Source of the DNA: Podarcis liolepis
Taxonomy: Eukaryota
Assembly (NCBI GenBank): GCA_965112155.1
Contig: OZ218100.1
Length of the DNA: 64,000 nucleotides
Direction: 5' to 3' (one strand)
Position numbers and translations under genes: made by a program. The notes under the pieces are model-generated. The model saw only the letters and a list, made by a program, of their open reading frames with translations, was not told the DNA's origin and did no database searches. Shown here piece by piece: positions 49,551-61,481 of this stretch (within the stretch, counting starts at the first letter, position 1; the number at the start of each line of letters is the position of its first letter).

Positions 49551-49935
49551 CCTGGTTTGGCATGAAAACTGCCTTGATCACCTTGTATGATGGCCTTTGT
49601 TGAGAGAGTGACATGGGGAGTGTATCCCTGTTAATTTTCCTTGATCTCTTAGCAGCTTTTGATACCATCAGCTGCAGCATTCTTCTGGAGTGGCTGTCCA
49701 AAGTGGGAGTGGGCGACTCTGCTCTGCTGTGGTTCCAGGCCTTCTTAGATAGTTGTTCTCAGAGAGTGATGCTTGGGGAATACTGTTAGGCCCTATAGAG
49801 CCTTCAGTGTGGGGTTCAACAGGGTTCAATTTTGCTCTTCAACATCTACATGAAACCACTGAGTGGGATCATCTGGAGTTCTGGAGTATGTTCTCAGCAA
49901 CTTGCTGATGACATGCAGGTCTACTTTCTGCTTTA
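49551..49935 (+). mobile_element. L2-clade LINE reverse transcriptase fragment (decayed)
   Basis: Translates TALITLYD...SLLIFLDLLAAFDTI...ALLWFQAFL...QRV...GVQQGSIL..FNIYMKPL...ADDMQVYF, i.e. the DLSAAFDT, GVPQGS and YADD RT motifs with stops. Confidence 0.9.
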
Positions 49936-50036
49936 CATCTGCAAGTGTGCCAGGGATGTGCCACACTGATGCCTTGCAGTTTTATATGCCCTCCACCTGA
50001 CCAATTTCAGCAGCAGAAACAGTGCTGTGTTATATA

Positions 50037-50652
50037 CAGTGGTACCCCGCAAGACGAATGCCTCGCAAGACGGAAAACCCGCTAGACGAAAGGGTTTTCC
50101 GTTTTGGAGGCGCTTCGCAAAACGAATTTCCCTATGGGCTTGCTTCGCAAGACGACAGCCCATAGGGAAATCTCTGGGACAGCGGGGAAGCGCAGCGCGT
50201 CTTCCCCACTGTCCTCGGACCTCCTCCCCCCGCCCGGCATCGGAACGAAGCTCCAATGCCGGGCGGGGGGGGAACGCCTCCTCCCCCCGCCCAGCTTCGG
50301 ATGGCTTTCCTGAAGACTTGGGGTGGGAGGAGGGTTTTCCTTCCCACCGCCAACATTCAGAATGCTGTTCTGAATGTTGGCGGTGCGGAGGAAAAACCCT
50401 CCTCCCACGCAAGCCCCGGGAACAGAGGGAAAGCGCTGCGCGCCTTCCCCTCTGTTCCCGTACCTGTCCTGAAGGCTTGCGGTGGGGAGAAAAGCCCTTC
50501 TCCACACCGCCAGCCTGGCAAGCGGTTTCCCTAGGAACGCATTAATTGATTTTCAATGCATTCCTATGGGAAACCGTGCATCGCAAGACGAAAAACTCGC
50601 AAGAAGAAAAAACTTGCGGAACGAATTAATTTCGTCTTGCGAGGCACCACTG
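50037..50652. mobile_element. Young CpG-rich Tc1/mariner (Tigger-like) MITE, family D
   Basis: TA|CAGTGGTACCCCGCAAGACG ... CGTCTTGCGAGGCACCACTG|TA. Repeated cgcaagacg motifs and internal palindromes. Confidence 0.93.
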
Positions 50653-51307
50653 TAGAGCCCAACACTATGATTGCTCTTTCTGGTCATCAAGTGATCAACT
50701 GAGGAGCAAAGGAGTGATCACTTTCCTCCACCTCTTCAGCTGATCTGCATGGCTAAGCTGAGGAAGGGCTGCCTGCTTGAATGTGTCTGTGCGCGCATGC
50801 AAAAAAGTGTAAACTATTGGCCACACCTATTCTGGCATGTGGCCCCAAGGAAGGCTGGACAAAGGTGAATGTACTGCTTGGGCCTTGGGTCAAATAAGGT
50901 TAGCCATCCCTGTCCCAGGGAAGGTAAAATATCAGCCTTTTGGTCAGACAGACGATGTGTATAGAACTTACAGAGCTACACAGAGATTCATCCCACACAC
51001 ACAACAAAAAGCCCTCCACTCTTTCAATACATACTTCTTTGTGAACTAGAGCCTTTTATCTGCAGGATTCTTGTGATGCCAATTTTGTTAGCAAGGACTG
51101 CAAGCATATGATCATAGGTGTGGATTAAGAGGAGTCTTGTACTGCAAACCTACCTAATAACTGGGACTTATTTCTCCACAAGGTCTTTAGGAGTGGTTGG
51201 TTAATTAGCACTCACATGGCATGGAAGCCTATGGAAATTGCTTCCATTGACTTTAATAAACCAGGACTGCACTTTTAAAGCATAACTAACGAATCTAAAT
51301 TTTAGAT

Positions 51308-51508
51308 TCAGGTTGGTAGCCGTGTTGGTCTGACACAGTCAGAATAAATATAAAAAATAAAACATTGTCCATTAGCACCTTAGAGACCAGCTAAGTTTGT
51401 TCTGGGTATAAGCTTTCATGTGCTGACATGCACACAAAAGCTTATAGCCAGAACAAACTTAGTTGGTCTCTAAGGTGCTACTGGACATTTCTAATTTTTT
51501 TATTTACT
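51308..51508. mobile_element. Penelope-like element: inverted pseudo-LTR pair with one-sided tail
   Basis: Arms 51366-51423 and 51430-51487 are near-perfect reverse complements. Only the left arm carries the ggtagccgtgttggtctg end. Confidence 0.85.
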
Positions 51509-52691
51509 TCAAACCTTAATTTTAAATATACTGAAATATAAAGAAACTAAATGCTTTTCCAGCATGAGCAACCTCTGTTCGGTGAGTTTGCTTTGTGCAA
51601 TGGATTCCCTAGCACTCCAGGAAGAAAAATCTATACATACTTCTATAAGTGAGTTGGTGTGTTTGTATGATACCGACAAGCTGAAGGTTAGTTTCTGAAT
51701 TGATTAGAATATGTTCTGACAGTAGCTGGCTCAGCACGGGCCATTCAGAGATAGTTAGAACTCTCAGCATGGCACAGTCACAAGATTCCTCTGCAACTTG
51801 GTGGCACTCTGTTCTTCCAGCATAATTGTATTGAGCTTTGTAGGGAGGGGGCATCATTTTGATGCCAGTGACAGATTCATGTTATCTCTAAATTTTCAGT
51901 AAATCAGCAGAGACTAAGGCAGTGAGGCAAAGCAAGGAACTCTGAGAACGGCATGGAGAAATATCAAGGATAAAATGTTCCATCTTCTGTTCGTAGGTGT
52001 TCAGCTTAATGGGGGACATATACCAATTTATTTGGAGCATTTGACAGTTTATGCTTGTCCCCTTGACATGCTGGTTGGCAACAGCTGTGCCAGTCTCTGC
52101 ATTTTGAAAGACGATATTATTCTTGTTGCCCTTGGTGTAAGACGCTCTGCACATTTAGTCAGAGGTGGCTGGTGCCTGGGTTTTCAACCTAGATTCTATT
52201 TTTGACTCACTCTCAACTGTACCCCGAACCAGGATGGATGGTGCCTGTTTGAGGTCTGAATCAGGGCAGGAAATGGCACCTGTCCCTCAGGTCATGTTGC
52301 CCAATGTCCATCAAGTTGTTTTGGGCACCAGAAGCAGAAAGCCCCTCAAGCTCCTTTCTCTGATAAGAGTAAATTAAGTAACTAACCATTGATTATCTTT
52401 TTATGATACCCCAGATCGACTGCCTGAGTTGGCCACCTCACTCTGTTTAATGGTAGGACTGACTTTTGACATTGCAATTCACACTAATCTGTGTAATGAG
52501 ATGCTTTGGGCACTCATGTGTATGGAGAGGGGCCAGACACTAATGTGTCCTCTCCAAACTGTCGCCTTGGCACACCTGTTATCCTCATCCTAGAAGACAG
52601 AGAGGAATCTCCCACCTACTGATTTCTGTATTGACCTCATGTAGATGTACCTTTCTCTTTAGAAAAGGTTGGGTTGCACTGATTTTCTGTA

Positions 52692-52922
52692 CAGTAGTAC
52701 CTCGGGTTACATATACTTCAGGTTACATACGGTTCAGGTTACAGACTCCACTAACCCAGAAATAGTGCTTCAGGTTAAGAACTTTGCTTCAGGATGAGAA
52801 CAGAAATCGTGCTACGGCAGCAGGAGGCCCCATTAGCTAAAGTGGTGCTTCAGGTTAAGAACAGTTTCAGGTTAAGAACGGACCTCCAGAACGAATTAAG
52901 TACTTAACCTGAGGTACCACTG
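52692..52922 (+). mobile_element. Tc1/mariner MITE, family A copy 3
   Basis: TA|CAGTAGTACCTCGGGTTA ... TAACCTGAGGTACCACTG. Colinear with 8380-8605. Confidence 0.93.
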
Positions 52923-53563
52923 AATCTCTTTTAAGATTGTCAGATTTTTGCCTGAATGTGTCCCACATGAGCTCGTCCTGTGACCTTTTAAAAAATCTGG
53001 AATACCTCACCCACCCCATCCACCATCAGGCTGCATTACTAATGCAATCAAATTTGAAGGATAATTGCTAATAATTAATCAGAGATAAATGTAAATCAAC
53101 TTAGAATTCTTTTTCTTTCGTGCAGTTTAGACTGTACCACTTGTAGCTTAATACGTTACACTACAGAAAAAATAGGACTCTGATGAGGACAGCTTTAAGT
53201 ACTCATATTGTGCAGTAAGATATGTGGCATTTACTTCAAGCTCCTGTTTTATTAGGGTGATTTACATAAGAATGCTTAGTGTTATGGCAGAGTGAGAAGG
53301 GTGTTAATGCATCAGGGAGCCTGCTTGAAATGTTATTGTACATTTTTATTGTAATCTCTTGGTTTAGAGGAACTTTAGGGCTACTCTAGAACCAGTTACT
53401 CAAACAACAGCAAAAAGTAACCCCTTCTCACAAAAGAACCCACAATAGGAGCTGCAACTAAGGATGGTTGGTGAATTTGATTTCTGTGAATTCTGATGTG
53501 AGCATATCTCAGACTAGTGCATGGATTGGAACACAATTATTTGTATGTTCATATTAACACCTT

Positions 53564-53714
53564 CATAGAATCATAGAATCGTAAAGTTAGAAGGGACCCT
53601 GATGATCATTTTAGTCCAATTTCCTGTGATGCAGGAATATGCAGCTGTCCCTTGTGTGGATTGAACCTGCAACCTTGGTATTATCAGTGCCACGCTCTAA
53701 CCAACTGAGCTATC
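53564..53714 (-). mobile_element. tRNA(Ile)-derived SINE with CR1 3' tail
   Basis: Reverse strand gatagctcagttggttagagcgtggcactgataataccaaggttgcaggttcaatcc (tRNA-Ile-like, A and B boxes) is fused to gggtcccttctaact...(ATTCTATG)n. Confidence 0.88.
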
Positions 53715-53734
53715 TTAAAGAGGGTCTGGTAATA

Positions 53735-54088
53735 GGGATGCAGGTGGTGCTGTGGGTTAAACCACTGTGCTGCTTGGGCTTGCCGATCGAAAGGTCAGTG
53801 GTTCGAATCCCCATGACAAGGTGAGTGCCCATTGTTTGGTCCCAGCTCCTGCCAACCTAGCAGTTCAAAAGCACGCAGTGCAAGTAGATAAATAGGTACC
53901 ACTCCGGTGGAAGGTAAATGGCGTTTCTGTGCGCTGTTCTAGTTTTGCCAGAAGCGGCTTAGTTATGCTGGCCACAAGACCTGGAAAAACTGTCTGCGGA
54001 CAAATGTTGGCTCCCTTGGCCTGTAAAGCAAAATGACCCCAGAGTCATTCGCGACTGGAAGTAATTGTCAGGGGTCCCTTTACCTTTA
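53735..54088 (+). mobile_element. Sauria SINE (full length)
   Basis: Colinear with the 41428 and 63434 copies. ggttcgaatccc B-box and ACCTTT tail. Confidence 0.95.
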
Positions 54089-55529
54089 AAGTGGAGGAAG
54101 CCAGTACAGATCCCACAGAATAGGTGTAACAAAGGCACACCAAAATGTCAGCCGACACTCTAGCAGCCGCATTTTGCACTAGCTGTAGTTTGTCGACTGT
54201 ATTCAATGGAAACTTTATGTGCAGGATATGGCAGTAGTCTAAATGGGAGGTTACTAGAATATGCAGGATTGTGGCCAGCCTATCTTGGTCCAGGAATCAC
54301 CATAGCTGGTGAACCAGTCATAGCTGGAAAGAGGTATCCCTTGCTACTTAGGCCACCTAGGCTTCCAGTCATGGCGTTAGACAAAGAGCAGCCCCAGACT
54401 ATGGACTTGCAGTTCTATCCAGGACAGGATGAATTTCCAGTTCCCAGATGCAAGAATGACCCACTAGCAGTGCCTCTATTTTGTCAGGACTTTGCTTCAG
54501 TTAACTGGCCCTCATCCAAGCTATTACTGACTTTAGGCACCAGCTCACACCAATACAACTTCATCTGGCTTAGATGGTAAAGGGCATATGGCAGCCAATT
54601 TTAACTGCTCCATATCTGATGGGGGCATGTCAGAATTGTTTGGGAGAATGGCCTTGCAGGCCAAATTAGGGTGTCTTGTTAGGCTTGCAGGCCAGGGGTT
54701 CTCCACCCCTGGTATTATGTGCTAGAAATGTGTATTTGGAGCTCAGTGTCGAAATCCCCTTAAAAGCACCATATGCTCCTCTGCAAGGCACCACAGCACA
54801 ATTCCCATGGGGCCAAGAAAAAGTCGCTCAGTACTACTCTCTGGAAACAACTCTCCAGGAAGGAGCAAAACCAATGCCTAGCTCCAAGGGGATACCATGG
54901 CCTCTGAGAGATGGATGAGAATCAACAGGGCGACACTTCCTTTGCTTATCTCCTGACACCTGCTGTCAACAAGAATGGTGCCATTTTAATGCCCTGAAGC
55001 ACGCAACCAAAACTAGCCCATTCCATATTTAAAAATCATATTGAGTGTGGGACCTATAACATGTGTTGGAAGTCTGATGGACTCAGGCATCCCTGTGGTG
55101 GTCCTGGTGGCCATGAAGTCTCAAGCCAATGCAGCCTCCCAATGCAGCCTCACTTGGGGACGCTGAAATCCTCCAAGAATGGGAGATTTTCCAGCACCAC
55201 CTTTGAGAATGCCTCAGGTACACTAACTGGATCCCTATTCAGTCACAGTGACGCAACAGCAAGTAACAAACCTCCCAGTTTGGCACCCAGAAGCACATTC
55301 TTCCTGGTGAGGGAGATGGAATTTTTGTAAAACAAACAAAAAAACCTTTGCAGACATCTGCCTAGTTGTCTGACCTCTGTTTGAGCTGAAGAGAAAATGC
55401 AGAGGATAAGAGGATAAAATATATCTGAAAACACACAGACTGAGATAAAATACATATTTAAATACATATTAAACACACATTTTGAGATATAATAGTCTTC
55501 ATTAATTTTCATGTTTATCTAAAAAATAC

Positions 55530-55930
55530 CAGATTGATGCAGAACCTATCCAGACCTGATTGATGGGCAGAATTGTGAATGAACATAGGTAAATTGGGCA
55601 GGTGGAATTAAATGCGCACTAATCTGGGAGACTGAGAGACAAATGGGAGTTGTCTGCCATTTGATTTTTGTTTATCGGATTCTGAAATGTTTGGAGCCAG
55701 CTCTGATGCATTGACGTAGTAGGAAATTGAAAAGGAGCCACTGATGTTGTCCTTTCATTGTGTGTCACAACAAGAATTGTCTGGCTGAAAGCTGTAGCTT
55801 CCATGTAGGCAGCACCAGTGTCATTAAGTCTTATGCTTGTTTCAAGCACATCTTATTTAAAGAGTGTATAAAGTGAACCGAGGGAACAACATAAGAAAAG
55901 GATGCACCTAATTAACAAACGGTGAGAAGA
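55530..55930. promoter_or_regulatory. Repeat-free block resembling a conserved non-coding element
   Basis: PBX-HOX-type TGATTGATGG at 55557-55566, TGTCA motifs, CTAATTAA, CATTGT. No TE recognisable. Conservation not tested. Confidence 0.3.
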
Positions 55931-56309
55931 AAGAGGTTTGGATCTTGGCTGAGGAGCAGCTCATTTGTCTTTTGGCCTCTCTCTCTCAGCAAGAGACGCA
56001 CCAAGGACTGAACCACGCAGTCAGTCTGTTTGAGGCAGCTGCTGCCTCTCCTCGTTTGTGCTCATGGGGAGCCAGCAGTGCTGCAAACATACTCGGCACC
56101 ATTCACCCCATATCAAAGATCCTTTCAGTGATGAACAAAAGAGCAAGTGAAGACACCTGTAAGCCCAGCTGTTCTATGGAGGCTGCTCCATGCAGTGAGC
56201 CATTTTGTGTTACTGACTCACTGCATGGATTGCCAGCCCCTCACTGCTGGTTTGCCTCCATGTCACTGCAGGCTACTGGAAATGTTTAGCAGTGAGCATG
56301 TGCAGAGAC

Positions 56310-56450
56310 TAGAACTGAGGGAGAAATTTGTTTCAGTTCACATTTCAAGAAAAACACTTTCCAAAACGATATGTAAACTAAAACATCTATCATTTGAAAT
56401 TCAAAGTTCTCTGAATTTTCCAATGAAGTTCAGGGGTATTTTCATGAGAA

Positions 56451-56507
<57 letters not shown>

Positions 56508-56635
56508 ATGTATATGCGTACATACACACACACACACACCTCACAAACTGATGTGAAAATGTGGAGAACTGATCTTATGATTGGAAAAACGAGAAACAGA
56601 GAGAAACCGAAATTGACATATTTTCCCATTCCTAG
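56310..56635. mobile_element. Old AT-rich DNA-transposon-like element with an internal (TC)n(TG)n(AC)n compound microsatellite (56453-56539)
   Basis: Degenerate inverted ends ctagaactgagggagaaatt / atattttcccattcctag. Right half homologous to 33380-33502. Confidence 0.55.
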
Positions 56636-58214
56636 GCGAGACAAGCCTCACTCTGAGAACCTACTTACCATAAACAGGGAGAAACACTGCTGTATGTTTC
56701 TGTGTGAAAAATAGAAACTTTTTATTCATTTGTTAATGTACTTAGAACTCTCAGAAAGTACTTATGGAGCCCAACCACTTTGTCCTTCAGGTTTGTATAA
56801 ATTGTGTTAGCTCAGTTAAATTGTGCCCCCCCCCTTCAAAAAGTGGTTGCAAAGGGATGCCTTTTGAATTTATGCATCAGCCTTTATGCTCTTCCCTTCT
56901 TAATTGCCTTTTGTAGCCTGGAACATACAGCTTTCACGTTTATGTGCAGCTCCCCTACTCGCATTTCCTCCGACCATTTGCCTGATATATTTTGGATTAT
57001 CTATTCTGATTATAAAGGTCCTGCCTTGCTTCACTGAGCATTGTATTTTCCATCCTCACCTATTGACAGTATCTGCTGCAATACATGATTCATTGACTCG
57101 CTGCTTTCATTTTTATTGTGAACTATTTTGTGCTTTCTGATGTTTGGGCTTGTTGCTGCTTAATTCTTGCATGATTTTTTCTTACCGCCATTCCTACCGT
57201 AATATTCCCTGAGTAGCAGGAAGCTCAGGCACTCTTTCTAGAAAATTTCATTTGGATGATGGTAATCTGACAGCACAGCATTCCCCCCCCCCCAAAAAAA
57301 AGAACCAATTTCCTTAAATATGAGGATCAATAGGGCTTGGGTGGGAAGCAACGATCACTGTAAATTATGGCTTTCCTAAGGGAGCATCTTTACCTGTCCT
57401 TCTTGATATTTGAACTGAATATTGGTTGAACCCCAGTGCTCACTTTAGCTTGTAAGTATGGGAATGGTTGTGTGTGGGATCTTTCTGTACATGCATAGAA
57501 CCATACCACATTGACTTTGCATGCTCCATTTCCTGCTGTGTCCAAGCAGCAACAGAAGCAGATACTATAACCCACAAGACTGTTGGGGACTTCAGATGTC
57601 CACCTCTTTGCAATGAAAGAACCAGGGTGCTCCTTGTATGGACAAGCTCCAGGCATGCACATTAGTAAATGTTTAGTGCCGCTTCACTTCTTAGTCAACT
57701 ACAGACAGTGGAGTGATGGGGTCACTGTGTGCATTGCCAAGGGCCTCTTTAATGCATCTGAACCCTGTCCTCTGTCCATCAGACCATACTGTTGCTGGCA
57801 TCTGTCTGTCTCAGGAGACAATGGAGGAGTGCACATTTGGGTGTGAAGTCAAACTGTTAGAAGGTCACAGCACCTTCTGTGGTTGTAGAGTGTCAGGAGT
57901 TTCATTCTCTCTCGTGCTGCAGAATGTGTGACTACTAGATCAAATGCTCTGTGTGTTGACATTCCATTCTGTGGAAGCGTGGGAATGGAAGGAACTGTAC
58001 GCCATTTCCATCTTCTTTGTTTTCTGTTCTGTTGTTGTGCTCTCTCGGAGGAGAAGAGACACGCCATGATTACTCTGTTCTTTATTTTGATCCTGTAAAT
58101 AAATCACTAAACCCAGATGTTACATATCCTCAGCCTCAGCTTCTGCCATGCTCTGCTGCTTGCTTGAACACCTGGAGGAGTGAATGCTGTGCTATGCTGT
58201 GCTATGCATTCCAG

Positions 58215-58780
58215 ACTGGTGCCAGGAGAAGGCCATCTCCCACCCAGAAGCACCAACACATCAAAGACACATGTTTTGTTTCAGCTGGGGCAGATGAAGG
58301 CGTCCGGTTGTCCTGCTGCAGATGCACCATGGCATTTCTCTCTGCACTCTTTCCACAGGTCATTCCTCCTCTGGTCATTGCCTTGACCTTACTGTCTCCA
58401 GACACTGCGGTCATCTCCAAGGGATTCCCACATGGTGAGGTTGATGTTGCCAGCCTTCATGTCACATCTACAGACATCTTTGTAGCACCGAGTTGGTCTG
58501 CCGATGGGTCTGGCACTTGAAATCATTTCCACATAGAGCACATCCTTAGGGATCCTGCCATCTTCCATTCTATGGACATGACCAAACCAGCATAGATGTT
58601 GCTGAGAGAGGAGTGCAAACATGCTGGGAATGTAGGCTTGGGAGAGCCCATCCTTGTTTGACACTCTGCCCTGTGATACTAAAAATCTTCCTGATGTGGC
58701 ACATGTGGAAAGCACTGAGGTGTTGCTCCTGATGGTTGTAAGTTGCCCACAACTCACTTCCATTCAGCAGCATGCTCAAC
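58215..58780 (-). mobile_element. RTE-clade LINE ORF C-terminal fragment
   Basis: MFALLSQQHLCWFGHVHRMEDGRIPKDVLY...RPIGRPTRCYKDVCRCDMK...WESLGDDRSVWR matches the RTE post-RT motif (W-GHV-RM...R-PK...R--GRP). Homologous to 9120-9462. Confidence 0.92.
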
Positions 58781-61325
58781 AGCAGTTACTGAACATTTAT
58801 GCAAAAAATATTGTTGAGTAAGTGCTTTACCTTCTCCCCCACTTCATTTTTGTCCTCATATCAGCCCTCACAGATACTCAACCTGACACTGGTGAAAGGA
58901 AGAGGGAGAGAAATGTCTGTGGGGCTATTGTTGAAATTAAGCTCTCTTCAATACCACTAGTTTCAGTAGGACAGCTAAGTGCATCCTTAATTTTGCGTCT
59001 CATAAATGCTTACTGGTACTGAGGCTTACTGCTGAGCAGACATGCATAGGACTGCACTATTAACTGCTTCCATTGAAATCAGTGAGAAATAACCATGACT
59101 GGATATTCTGCTGTGTTCTGAAGATCAAGCTTACAAAGTAAAAAAATAAATTTGAAGAAACCAAAGGTGGTTATCGGTTCGTGGCCTTGACAGGTACCTT
59201 CATGTCTTCAATTGCTGCTTATCAGAAATAGGCTTGGGAGAGGAAGCTGCTCATTTTCCCCAATGCCTCCTTATAATTTATCCATTAAAGGCATATGAGC
59301 ATTGAATCAAAAGAGATGGTGATGCCTGCTGGTGACAAAGCACAGACGTATTCTGAACTAAGTGGCATCTAGGATGGTCTATGAAATTATGATGCTCTGT
59401 GATAATGGGCATGTCGCTGTGTGATAAATTGTGCTTGTCCTGAGGAAATCTGTCTTAGATATATGTCCTTTAATAAAGATGATGATGACTGATGGTTTTG
59501 ATGCTTTATTAGTTTTTCTAAAGTAGGTAATTTAGAAAGAATGTTTGCAAAGATCAGCCAGTGTGCACATTCGAAGCACATTTCATCTTTCACATTGTCC
59601 TGTGCAGTGTTATCTAATGGTTGATGGTTAATTCTTTGGCAGGCAAAGAAATCATGGATCATATCCATGATCCAAAATAAAGCTCTTTTTGTGTTATTGC
59701 TTTTAATTGTGAAGTTTGGCATGTACACGAGTCTCTTCCATTGTATTTGATGGAATTCAAACAAACCTGGCTGTTGCTGACTGGTATCTTTCATGTTTCA
59801 GAATCCCCCTCTGTAAAAGTACACAGCTCTGAGGGCAGAATCCTGCCAAAACTTAGCACTTTTGAGACCCACTTACCTGTGAATAAGCCTTATTAATCTC
59901 AATGGGACTTACTTTTAAGGAGATGAATTATATTGTCATTTCCATTGCTTTCAATGGGGAAATTGAACATGTGTTCAGAACTGCAACCCTATGCATCTAT
60001 TTGGGAATAAGTTCCATTGAGCATAGCTCAGACTTCCCTTTGAGTAAACATGCATAGGATTGTACTCTAACTCTCTGCGTGCCACAGCGGGACCAGAAAG
60101 GCAGAAGTATAACATAGTATATTATAGCTTTATACTTTGAGCCTGGAATGACAAACTTAACCATCTGTTTTTCAATGGTCTGAGCACCTTACTGCGCTGG
60201 CTACATTAGAGCATATTTCTTATAAATGTCAACTTTGTTTGGATACCTATCAGGAGAGTTAGATGGTATATATCAACTTACGTGTTTAAACAGAGTTGAA
60301 GGTATTGAGGGTCACAGTACTATTAATGTGAGCCGATGGTTTTCTCTCTTTTCTTGTTTTTATTCTTTTTTTCTTGTTGTTCAGCTTGCTATAAAGAAAG
60401 GAAAAGGCAAAAAGAGTATAATTTGTTTGTTTATTCATTGTGTGTGCTTTCTCTTGAATTCACCGTTCCAGCCACAGTCTCATTTGATTTTTGTATTGAT
60501 TTTTTTAAAAAGTAAATCTACACTTTTTTGTTATGGAGCTTGCAGGGAGACCTCAATATGACCTCAGTGACCCTGGCCAATGTCCTAAGATTGTGCCTCC
60601 ACCACTGCACAAGAACAGCTTACCAATAGATTAATAACTCTTTGAGAACCAGATACAAAAGCTCCATAATCCTATATTCATTTCCAGAGGCAGGCAGAAT
60701 GCAGTTCTTGAAATAAAAGGTATTCTCCCCTCCCTCTTCTGCTCCTCTCAAGTTCTTAGTATCCTGCTGAGGATTCATAAGGAAAACTACAACGCAAGTC
60801 CACCATTTAAAATGTTACCCCATAGGGAGCTTTGTAAGACTCTTACTTACTCAAAAAAGAAAAAGAGTAAACATACAGAATAACAGCAGAGACAGGACAT
60901 TAGCAGTGAGGATTCACAACGAGAATTTCAAATGTTTTTGTACAATCAAAAGCAGAAGTCCTCCTTTCACACCAGATACGTCATGTCCAACCTGAAAGCT
61001 ACTTAACTTCTCTTGACTAAGGCTGCAATCTTATACACGACTTGGAGTAAGTCCAGTGAACTCGAGGAGGCTTACTTCTGAGCAGATAGGCATAGAATTG
61101 TGTTGTGAGTTATGCATGAATGCTATGCAAAGGGTGCCTCCATTCACTTCACATAGCACTGTAAGATCAGCTCTGTGCGCTGCTTACAGATTTTGGCACC
61201 ATTGCCTTCCCCGTGCATTTATGGCAGTGTGCTCCATGAGCTTTCAGAAGTCTGGACAAAGGAGGATTGTATAATATGTCAGCAGTGCATGAAACAATGT
61301 AATATGTACTTGTTGCTATGATGGA

Positions 61326-61384
61326 AAATTATATAAATTATATAATTTATATAATTTATTAAATTATATAAATTATATAATTTA
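61326..61384. repeat. AT-only palindromic/tandem repeat (aaattatat units)
   Basis: Direct reading. Confidence 0.85.
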
Positions 61385-61481
61385 ATACCAAGAACTAACT
61401 TAGTTGGTCTTTAAGGTGCTACTGGAAGGATTTTTTTTATTTTGACTATGGCAGACCAACACGGCTACCTGTCTGTAACTG
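61385..61481 (+). mobile_element. Penelope-like element 3' terminal fragment
   Basis: aacttagttggtctttaaggtgctactgga...cagaccaacacggctacc, same family as 51308. Flanked by tatataattta on both sides. Confidence 0.82.

Noticed and set aside
49933-50545. Longest ORFs in the track (190, 172 and 141 aa)
   Set aside because: They overlap on both strands within a GC-rich MITE, where stop codons are rare. No transposase or other motifs.
53178-53215. CTGATGAG as an amniote intronic hammerhead ribozyme
   Set aside because: No GAAA after a stem II and no stems I/III. The CTGATGA at ~8733 and ~19133 also lack closable stems.
53640-53714. tRNA-Ile gene
   Set aside because: The acceptor stem is missing or mutated and it is fused to a CR1 tail, so it is a SINE head.
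54206-54580. 124-aa ORF
   Set aside because: No recognisable domain or splice context. It lies among decayed repeats and is probably chance.
58389-58763. 124-aa ORF as a functional gene
   Set aside because: Frameshifted RTE LINE fragment.
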